DNA from: Bispira polyomma
Lineage: Eukaryota
Assembly (NCBI GenBank): GCA_965649765.1
Contig: OZ287752.1
Span: 19,344,001 to 19,408,000 of the forward strand
Length of the DNA: 64,000 nt
Reading direction: 5' to 3'
The translations under genes were made by a program, and so were the position numbers. This document shows, piece by piece, positions 29,701 to 41,700 of this stretch; within the stretch, counting starts at the first letter, position 1; every line of letters starts with the position of its first letter. Below the pieces are notes generated by a model, which made no database searches, had not been told where the DNA came from, and saw only the letters and a program-made list of their open reading frames with translations.

Positions 29701-32700
29701 TTAATTTTTCATGAAATTATAAGTTATACTGTGATCAATCTCCTTGCAATGTTTGCACTATTTCTAATTGGTGTACACCAATGACATTGAATATGCAGCC
29801 CCATGGTCAAATGTGTTAAAAGTAGGCATGTAGTTCTTACACTGTGACAAAATATAGGCAGACCCATATATTTAATTTTTCCAGTTTGTGTTCTAACTGG
29901 CATTGAGATTCAAGGTAAAATTTGAACAAAATTAAGCTACATCTTCAAATACAACCACACAAACTTCACAAAAAAGTTTAAACTAATTCCAAAAGTAATA
30001 TTTTAAGTTAGAGGAAAAAATGGTTAAGATATGGTGGACAACCCCAAGAGTATTTTCTGATTTTCATCCGTGGATAATATAATAACTAAATGTACTTTAG
30101 TTGTACTAATTACAAAAACGTTGATTTAAATTTCTAAACTGTGAGAGACACTAAATGACCTGTGTAAAGTGGGCAGTTGGATTAGGAGTAACCTTTCCAT
30201 GGCTGTGTTAAAATATTGTGGGGATATTCTCAGTCTACTGTGGAATGGTGATTTATATTACTTGCTGAGTGGGGTGGGGGTGGGGTGGGGGGTGTGGGAA
30301 GTTTCACTATTATAAATTGTACAATACCTTAGAGATGTGGAACTATTGTAAACATATTGATAACTTTATGACTATTTCTCACAGTGCTTGTAGTAAACTA
30401 GTTTTGTTCTTTATGTCATTCGGGTGAAACGATAAACATCCTTATAATGTGTAGAAATGGTACATAAATATCTGCAAGGTACCTTCTTTCAGTTTACTTT
30501 TCGATTCATTTTGTATGACTATATACTATCATTAATATTTCTGGGTTCAATAATACCCTGCCCCTTTCTACTTCATCAGTGCCATGAAAATATAATCCCC
30601 AGAACTAAGTCACTCTACTGATATGTACATAATAGTGAAAACTACAAAATAACAAAAAGCTAAACAGATACTGGGGAAATAATTATATCATGTATTCACT
30701 GAATATGCACATGAAAGAGGGATGGCTCGACTGTGTGGTATAAATTCATATTATCTTTAGTTCATTGTGACCTTTTACTGTACATGTGTTACAACTTACA
30801 CGTTATGTGTTTTAATATATGGCATAATAATACTGCAATACATTTGCTATGAATACAAGTACAAACATGTTAATAAATATTAGCACAACAACTAACCTAA
30901 AATCTCCCCCAGTTGTTTTTCTTTCTCAGATCCAAAGGGATTCTCCACAGTGACTACATTACACCTGAACTCCTGCTCCTCATCCTGTTGTTTGTTGACT
31001 CCAATCACCAACTGGTGAGATGTTGTTGTCAGTGTGGAGTCTTCTACATCTATCCTGGACTTGTACTCACTGTCAGGTATGTTATCCTCTGTGTTAGGAG
31101 ACACTAGTATGATTTGTTCATTACTCCCCTTTAGTGTCCACCACACCAGTGAGGTCAGAGTTCCTGTAAACACACACTCCAGTGTCAGCTGTTCTCCATC
31201 TAGTATATAGTAACCACTGTCAGCTGAGTAGGATGTGGTGTAGGACACTTGGGTCACTTCTGTGTGAGCCACCTCCAACATGACTAATGGTGAAAATAGT
31301 TCATAATGTTGTTTTAATATATAATAAAGCACTAATCAATCGATGGTTAAATAAATTCTTGGTTACTAAAATATGAAAGTAATGTGGTTAATCTCCAAAG
31401 GTAATTTTTTATAATGCAGTACTACCTACATATATTAGGTACCAGAATTTAAACCACAATAACATAGAAAAACAATCCTTACTCTGGAGTCGGGTAAAAT
31501 AGATGTAACTTTAATTACAGTTTGTGAATGAGCAGCTACATTAATTAATATACTATTAAATGGGTCAGATTTGTGTTGACTTTGTTTAAGTTTGGCTATA
31601 TTCAGTATCATACGATAATTAGTAGTATAGCAGTGTTTGTATAATGCTAATCACAAAACAACAACCAATTTTTACAATTGTACATTTTCGATTTTTTTCA
31701 TGAATATGTTATGCTGTCATCAGAAACAAGTCAGTGGCACTGATGCCAACATTTTATTACTAGAAAATATTAGGTTGGGTGGAAAATATTAGATGTGTGA
31801 TACATTGTAAGTTTTTTTGATTGAACATCAATAACTATTCTGTCATTGTCCTTACAAAAATCAATTTCCGTGTTTTTTTTCTATTTTTAAGGAAACATTA
31901 CACCTGAAAAATTTTTAATTCATGCAATCAATTTCATATGTTTTTTGTTTTTTATAATTTTTTAAATAAATGTTGTATAGGTGATTTATGTGACTGATTC
32001 CCCACACAAAGAACAAAGAAGGATTCAAGTTAAAGTAAGTGCTCCATGTAAATCAATTATATAAAATTAAGTCTGTGAACACATACCTAGGCATAGCAAT
32101 CCGATATTCCAAAACACACGTGGAGCCATGAGATTTTCTTGTGTGTTGATTTTCTCAGTAAAATACACGTATAATGAAGAAGTATGCTATTTTGTATTTA
32201 ATGTTAACTACTAATAATATGAATACACAAAGAACTATCTTATGAACTTCCTCGTTGAACACATATTTGTCAATATAACATAAGATACTCCATATTAGGA
32301 TATGGCAAATACTCGAAGAGAAAATATTACAATATACAGGGAAGCGAACACTGTCTTTTCTCTAGGGACACACATCATGGGCGATATTTACTAAGGACTA
32401 AAAGACAAACACACACATATATTTCTTCATTATTGCATATAATCAATACATGCCACCCTTTCTTTTAATATATATTTCGACATGTACCTCAAGTATATAT
32501 AGTCCGATTTTAGATAATGTCATCAAGATACAACAAGAATTTACTATACAACCAACATAATTATATATTTTGGGCTTTGATTAATTCACAAATTGATCTT
32601 TTTGACTACAACTTAGTTTTGTGTACAAGTTAGGGTACACGATTTGGCTTTGGGAGAACAAGTATATGTACTTTGTTTTCAAAGAGAGAACACTTGCATA

Positions 32701-35700
32701 TGTCTTAACATACCCAACTTACACCCTGACAATTATACCTTGATTTTTTTGTTCAATTATCTTGTGCGCACATCTTATAATCTGGTGAGCACAAGATTAT
32801 AAAACAAAATCAATATTTAGATGTCCCAACAGACACTCTTGTGTAATTTAAATAAGTGTATAACACTCCCATATACCACAAGTGGCTGGCTGGGTCTAGC
32901 TATTGATTTATTTACGTTCTATGTAATGTGATAATACCCGGAGAGAGTATAATAAATATACATTTGATGTAAGTGTGTCTATTTTGTGGGTAAACTGTAT
33001 TAATTGACTCATTTTACTTGTTCTTGGTTACAAACTTAATCAAATGAAATGCTTATTTTATTCATAAGGAATATTTACTGTTGTGTACGAAGTCCTCTGT
33101 ATAATTTGTAAGGGTTCAATTAAACATACATAACATCACCAATTGTGGATACCTACATTACGAAATGGTACTATTTATTATGTTCCCTATTATGGTGGCC
33201 TGTAGTAACACATTTCCCAAATTTTACAAACATTTATGCAAGTTAAACTCAATATATATCAATAGATTAATGAGCCACACATGTATCCAGCTAAGTTTGT
33301 AGCACAACTTATTATTTGGTAAAGATATGCACTCGTGCAGGGCTATTTTTGTCAAAATTTCTGTTTGAGTTTCACTTATTGACGTTACTATATTATCTTT
33401 GCCTTAAATGTCTATTATATATGAACATTATTAGCTTGCTACTTTACTGTCAAGATATAAAACAAGGTACCTAATGGTTAAATAAGCGGTACTGGTTAAG
33501 GTAGCACTTGAAACTAGCATAGTTAGTGCAGTTAATTACATTTGAGGTTTACATATAGACTTCCCCATAATAATTGCCGTACAAACAAACTAAAGAAGAA
33601 CTACTCGATAAAAAAATTGATTTCAAGTTAAATAATGTTTGAACTACAGTTTATTAATATATTATGACCAGTGAATTATTTTTATTGTTTTTTAACTTGA
33701 ATAAGTATGAATGTGTACAGAGTTTATTTAGGTCTGCTTATTTTGAACATATAATTATAGCATGCTAAAAATTGAGGTTACAGTAATGTTAATACAACAA
33801 CTAAGATGTTATATTTTGCACGACTAATTCATTATCTGTTCAATTCAAGTTTTACAGGGAAGAGAAAATTACCTTTCTAAAATTTAACACAAATACATGT
33901 TAATTATTATAAGTTATTGCAAAACAAGGGAAAGCCCTGACAAAAACAAACTGTCAAGGTTAATTTTAGGTGAATACATACAAGGAAAATTGCCTTGGCA
34001 TCCATTATATGATTATACTTACACCTTTCCACCTTAATATTATATCAAAGTCTTCCCCTAGATCTTAATACTCTAGTTTAGCTGCATCACCAAGTGCAAC
34101 GCTTATCACATTCATTGTTACTGCAACATATTACATTTGGGATCCAAATGTATCAGTGACATAATGTCCGTGTACATGAGAGTGTGGTTGATGTAAGCAA
34201 GAGTTAAGTAAGTTCAGTGCTGACCCTAAACTATCTTATTAAAACTATTTTGGTTTTGTGACCCTAATTATTGATTGGATGGCAGCTGTCTTACATACTC
34301 TAACAATTCCCGCCAAAAGCCATAGGACCTACTTTAAATTTAGAATTTGGAAGAACATAACACCATTTTAAATACTTTCAAATTTTCTTCTTTATTTAAT
34401 TCTTGACAATGCGTCTGCTATATTATTCTTTTTACACTTAATCTGTAGTTGTATGTCATATGTTTCTGATAACAGCCATATGTTTCTAAGGCATAATGCC
34501 AGGACATCATCCCTAATCTTATTAGAGCTAACCACCAGAACATGTTGTCACAAAAAAAACTTATTTTATGGTGAGACTACTGCCTTCCCTATAACTATCA
34601 TGATGTTTATCATCTCAATATGTACAATAGATATTTCTCTGTTATACACATTGTAGAGGGGTGTGGAATAGATTTGATTGTGAGGCATGCATCTATATAT
34701 ACTGTGTTGGTAATGTCAATTTTTGGCGAAATATAATTGATTCCATTGTAATTTGTGAGACATTTTATAAACCAGCCTATGTCTGCTTTCGTTTCTTTGG
34801 TAATTTTGAATCGTTTTGCTTGTGCGTTACCTCGCAACACCATAAGCAGCCTGTTGATGAAAGCCCTGGCTGGCTTAACGCATTAATGGATATACAATAA
34901 TTTCCCTAAATTAGATTGAAATTTTCCTCTAGAAATCCATTGTTTCTCATAGACCTTCTTACATAGTTGATAAGTTTCTTCATTTTTTTCCTAAGTGATA
35001 CCTAGACAGGTGACTTTAGTATCAGGAAGTTAGAGTTTATCTACATTGGTGGGGAGCCCTAAAGAATGTACTAGTTGCTGTAGCTCATCAAATGCTTTAT
35101 TTGTTGTGTCTTTACCAGATACGCAAACATTGTGGACAATGTAGTAGAACAGCTTATAGAGTTTTTTTGGACATTACATAAGCAATTATATCCGAGCAAC
35201 GCTGGAATACTGCCAAGCCGTGGATCCAGCCGAACGTGACCGCAGGATCCACATACTTTCCGTCTCCGAAACAAATGCCCTATTTGATGGCATCAACAGG
35301 GTAGACCCGTAAATTTCTGAATGCTCTGGCTTCGTCCAGTTTTATATTTTTTGCTACAATATCATCTATTGTTGGAAATTTAAGTACAAAATTGGTTCCA
35401 TCAAATTCTTGCTTGTTAACATTGGAAAGCACCTTGTGGGTATGACAAATTCAGAATTACACGACGTTTGTTTTTGTCTTTTGGCCGAGTTAGAAGGAAG
35501 GAGCAGTGGTACAGGTCACTCTCTACAGTTTTAATTGGACCCAACATGTCCCTATTGGCACTTTCTTTGTCCAGATTTTTTGCAGGATTGACAGAGGACC
35601 AGCTGGCTGCAGTTCACATAAATGCTGATTAAGATCATATTTCTGATCAAAGAAACCCGATATGTTTGGTTTTTGAATTTGGATATGTAAAACTAGGACT

Positions 35701-38700
35701 GGTTGCTCCCAGTGGGTAAATTTGTGTGAACAATTTGTCACCTGGATAATGGCGTCAGTTACAAATGTGCCCGCAAGTTTGTCTAGCCAGTTTTTGTGAA
35801 CCGTTTAATGACTGAGAAATCTTGTATCAATGTGAATGGGTACATTATTGCTACCAACTGCCTGCAATCTATTGGTGTACATTACCACATTATTATTGTC
35901 AAATTTAAATTCTTTTCCACTTATCTGATTATTATCCAAACTATTTATTTTGGGTACACTGACTTTCGCCTTACATATTTCACTGTTATCATAGCAGACT
36001 TCAGCTGGTGTACTACAGCTTAGCCTTGTTTGTAACTCATTTTCACTGTCAGTCACCTGACTGTTATCCACTTATAAATTTACTGATCTTTTTATCTTGA
36101 AACTTCGTAATTTGTTCAGTGTGACTGTCACATGACTCAGTATAACCACTGGGCTTGACTTGGTACATTTATTATTTCACATCTATTAGATTTCAAAGTT
36201 TTAATGTAATATACCCCGTTGTTACTGCCCCCCATAGGCTTTCCGTATGTTCGTTTATCTAGTGATTGGTAAAGATCCTAACTGTTGTTATTTGGTTTAA
36301 CCTTATGTTGCTTAGTTAAATTCGCCTGGTAGCACTTGAATTCTGGGTGTGTCACATCATTGTGCAGTACAGTGGCACAGTGCCAGCAAATGTGCCTTTA
36401 TTGCCCATAATCAGCTTTGAGGTTATATTTGAGTTATATAGTTTGCATATTGTCCTGGAATAGTTAGACGACTGGTTGCTGTGCAAATTATACGAGCCAT
36501 AAGAGTGAGATGACTGCGCCATGGCCATCTTGGATGCGTTGAGGCGGTTTAATGCTCATTGGGTGTTATCACCCCACTGAAGGTGATCCTCTTTAATCTC
36601 ATGCATGTTGTGTAACCATGAGGTCTGGAGTACCTCCCACGGAAGTGATGCAGCATCACGTACTGATAAAATCACCTGCTGGCACATTTCTTTAGAAGTG
36701 GCCGGATCTGTTTCCTGCATGGCGTTGGCTAGCTGGCCAGCCACCCACTTGGGTAAGAAGAGCTAATCAAACGTGGGACGTTTCCTGGATGTACCGCCCA
36801 CCCACCCTTAATTTGTCCATCTTAACTTAGGATCCGTTGTAGCCACTTCTGTACTATTAAATCTGCCAGACTTCTGGCGAGGAAGCAGCTTACCTTGGGT
36901 AAGTGTCTGGTGGGCTTAAGACTTATATTCAGCAAGCCGTTTGTTGACTAATGCTTGGCTAGTGACTTGCACTGTAGGCACGATGACTTCAGTCGTGTAG
37001 TCAGCGTGGATGGCAGGGAGCGTCGGCTGTAGTGGTGGATTCGATGGGAGCAATGGATTTGCTGTGATCGGGTTGATCTGTGAAGGAGCAGCCGGCATGG
37101 TAGTACTTTGGCCTAGCCGTGTTTCCATCTGGTCTAGTCGGTTTGTGATTCGTTTGTTGGATTTAGTTAACTTGTCAGGCATCGCAAGCATGGAATACAT
37201 GGCTTGACCGTCAGTACTCGGCCCAACATGGACGTTGTAGAAGTGTTAGACGCTTTGTAAACGAGGATCTACTGCCGAAACTACATGGCCATTGGTATTA
37301 TCAACGGGAATCTGAGTTCGGTGTAATAGAGGGGACACAAATTGGGCAGATAGAACCTGATTAAAAGGGACCTGTAACTCCGAGATGATACTGTCACTGT
37401 TCTCTCTGTTCACTACCTTCCAATGAGAAGTTTTGGTTTCGTTAGTACTTTTGCTGGTCTCTTTCTTTTTGTTCTCCGAGTGTGTCTTTTTTTGTCCAAC
37501 CCATGTTCAAATTTTTGTTTGCAACTTACTCAAAATTAATAAACAAATAAAGTAAAACTAAAATACTAAAATCATAAAACAATTGTATAATGTTCATGAA
37601 AATATAAACGTGCATTCTACAATATAATCTTCCCAGGTGTTGTTTCTTCAAGACTTAAAAAGGTGGGAAAACTTATTGTCCCTTAACACAAAGAGAATGG
37701 CTATATGTGTGGCTGGATGGACAGAGTGATTTTTTAGTCAACTCGCTTCTAGGTGTTAAGGTGGCTATATAATAATTTGTGGTATATGGGGGAACTGAAG
37801 TAGCAGACCCCTTCATGGTCATACCAGGAGAGAGTATCATAAACATACATTTGATCTAAGTGTGTCTATTTTGTGGGTAAACTATATCAATTGACGTGTT
37901 TTACTTGGTCTTGGTCACACACTTTATCAAATGAAATGCTTATTTTATTGCTAAGGAATATATAATATTATGGAGGCCTAAAATTTGTTTTTAGTTACAC
38001 CTTTTACAAGTTTTATAAAAATTTAGTTAAACTGAAAAATATCAATTGATTAAAGAACTACACAACTTCTAAACATTGTTCAAATGTTAAAATGTAATAT
38101 TTGGTAAACATTAAAGCTACTCCTCACAGTCAAGATGATTTACATGAGAACAATGTAAAAATACTACAGACAGACGAGTCATGGTCAATAAATTGAACCC
38201 AATAACATAATCCGAAACTGCAATGAATTAACAAATATTGTTCCTAGAAAACCAATGCTGGAATTCAGGAAATTGCCAAATGTGAAAGATATAGGTCTTC
38301 CTTAATCAGATTCCCATCAAACCTGATTTGGAAAGACAATCATTGATCACAATTAGGGAAAGGTAAATATCCTACAGTCCCAGATTGATAAGACACTCCG
38401 AAAATTTCTAGATATTCAAGAAATTTGTCAAGGCTGTCTCTTCTGTGAGACTAACTGTAACTGAAATTACCATCTCAAAATCTTTTTCACGAATAATGTT
38501 TTAAGATAATGATTTTCTAAATATCTGATTTCAAATCTATCCATGAAAGGTCAGCATAATTGGGAGCTAGGACACTGATCATAGCTTTGATCCTTAAGGT
38601 AAGGGCGATTATTTGGGGTACACAGTGTGCAAAAGATAACACAATTGGCAAAAAAAATATATTTGTGAAAAGTTAGTTGCGTCAGTTGCTTGTTACAACA

Positions 38701-41700
38701 CCTAAAACTACACCTACATAACCAACAAACCATTGACAACTGATGTTGCTATACTGTGCTGACAGCACCTGATGGGGCTGATTACCTATTTGATTGTATT
38801 CGTATTTTATTGTATTTGTATTCGTATTCAGATTTATACTATATATCTACCTTCGTTTGGTAGCTTTCCTGACTGCAACAGTCATTTACTGTCATTACCC
38901 TAACTAAAGAGAGAGGCTTGACAATAACCATTTATCAACATCCCCAAGGATACACCACTTGGACGTTAAAAATGTATAATAATAATAATTTATACAACTA
39001 GATTACATAAAGTATAAGAAGTTACATAAAATAGTTACATTTAAACAATGTCAGCTAACAGTGCATTAACTGTGTGCACTCTATTATATTAAAAGAAGTA
39101 CTATTCTCTGACAGAACTTGTAACAACCAATATAGAACTTCTTATATGAGCCCTTTATGACATACTACGGGAGGGTGTGAATATGCACCCATATACACCA
39201 TTTCAAATTTAAATACATGAATTTCACATAACATAGCTGTCTGTCCTGACTCAGATACTGACAGGCTGTCTACTTAACTCAAAGAATGCACAACGATCCA
39301 TCTAAAACACAATTTTGAGGCTTTATTTTTTGAGGCTTTGTTAATTACAAATATTTGGTGTTTATAAAAAGACTTCCATATAAAGATTGCTGTATAAACA
39401 TATTAAAAAATAACTAAACAGGTAAAAAAAATTCAATTCAAGTTAATTAATGTTTAAACTCGAGTTTATTAATATATTATAAACAGTGAATTGTTTTCAA
39501 AACAATGAATTGTTTTACCTTCTTTTTTTTTACTTATAATAATTATAACATGCTATAAATTAAGGGTATGGTAATGTTAATGCAACAAGAAATATGTCAC
39601 ATTTTGTACAACCTAGTAATTATCTGTTCACTTTGAGTTTTACAGGGAAGGAAAGGGACCTTTCTAAAATTTTGGTCATATATATACATTTTAATTGTTA
39701 TTAGTTAGTGCAAACAATGTAATATCCTGACAAAAAAAAAACTGTCCAGGTTAATTTTGAGTAAATACACACAGGGAAATTTGCATCTATTATCTTTAAC
39801 ATTTACATCTTCCCACCTTAATATTATGCCAAGGTCTTTTCCCCAGATATTGTTACCTGTATCACCAAGGGTAGCGCTTATCATATTCCTTATTACTGCC
39901 ACAGTTCACATCTGGGATCCAAATATATCAGTCACATAATGTCCATGTACATTGTTAATTGATAAAATCAGTAGTTTGTTCAGTTAATCAGGATATAATA
40001 AATGGTGCTGGTCATTCTCCCTATAGGAATTTCCATTGTCAGTATTTCAAAGACACAAACTACATATTACTCTTTTTAGCTGAGCCAATAACCAACCTTA
40101 TTCTAGTATTTTTACCGTTATTGTGTCCTACCTAAGTTTGAAATATTGAGGACTCTTTATTACACGATTACTGTTAACCAGTGGCTAGATGACTACACAT
40201 CGTACAAAAATTAAGAGCTATAACAAGTTAAAACTGGATTTCACTTCAAATCTTGGGTTTATAACTTTATGGGTCTGGCAAATATTGACCCTGATGTCAC
40301 AATATGATGATCTGCCAATACCACAAATTATGGGTGGTCAACTCCACAACAGGTACTAGTGTGTGATGAGCAGGTTATGTATGTCATTTTGGATGTGTCA
40401 TCCCTCCACTGGACAATGATGAGAGTTGCATGTGTGACAATTACAGGTATAGGTGGAAGGAACCTTTTCAGTGAGCATGGTATTGCTCTGACACATGCTT
40501 AGCTTGGACGGCAGGGTTCAGTGTTCTAACATGACTATGATAATTTTCATGATACATTTTAAACACCGAAACAGAGTTTGTTGTTATGTTTGTGCTCAAG
40601 ATAAAAACATTGCTTGTAGAATTTATTGGATTGCACCCATTGGTACACAAACTAACCACATGAATCTAATCACAATGGCCTGTATGATAGGACCAATGGT
40701 CATGCGGCGGCCTGTTGCATCACATAGGGTCTACTAATCAATTATACAGGTGGTATTGCAAAGATTGTCAATTATGCTGAATATATAGCACTGCTTATAC
40801 ATAAGATCGCAGTATTGTCAGTGTAAAGTAAGTTGTGGCTGTGAGTACTACCCTTGTCAAAATATCCCCCACAAGTGAACTGAATAACACTGAGAGGTAA
40901 TAGTGTTTACTGTATACTGTAACTACATTCAATAACACAAGCTTGAAACTGACAAGTGGCCTAGCTTAAAATGGCTAAAGATACAAAAACTACTATTTAA
41001 ATGACAAAAATTGTTTTCCCACTATGGTCATGATTGCACCGATTTTATGAGTAAGGTCATTGACAGGCTTATTGAAGAGTGTGAGTGGGAGAATACCATA
41101 TTCCTTGATATTGAATCAGTTTGGCTAATGAGGAAATAATCTGTTATAATATCATGTGATAATAAGGATGTACTTTGTGGTACAACCAAAATTCTGCTAT
41201 CCAGCATAAGTCCGCAACTAGCCAGTACATTGACAAGGAAAAACAATGTGGGGCAATGCGGGGTTAACAAAACTGAAACATAACACAATGTTTTTATATA
41301 GTGCCTTACAACCAAATGCTGTTCAAAGCGCTTCATAATGAACTGAAGAAATTTTATTCAGCAAAGTAGTCTTTAAAAAAATATGTTTTTAGTTTTGATT
41401 TAAAAATTGTTAGGCCCAAGTTTAAATGTAAACAGTGAACTATTTCACTGTTCACCCGACCTAAAGATAACTTAAAACATCGCATTATTCTTAATCTCTC
41501 TCAAGGCAGTTTAAAAGGGTGGGTTTTACACTCAAATTTCCCACTCCTCGTCCATCATTTTATTAAATGTTATTGATCTTTCGTTTAAGGTCTTCGCTAA
41601 TTCTTGGAAAAGCATGAATGTGTATATCTTTTTCTTTTTTTTGAACATGTATATCTTATATATATATCCCAAAACCTACTGTTGCACATATTTTATTATA

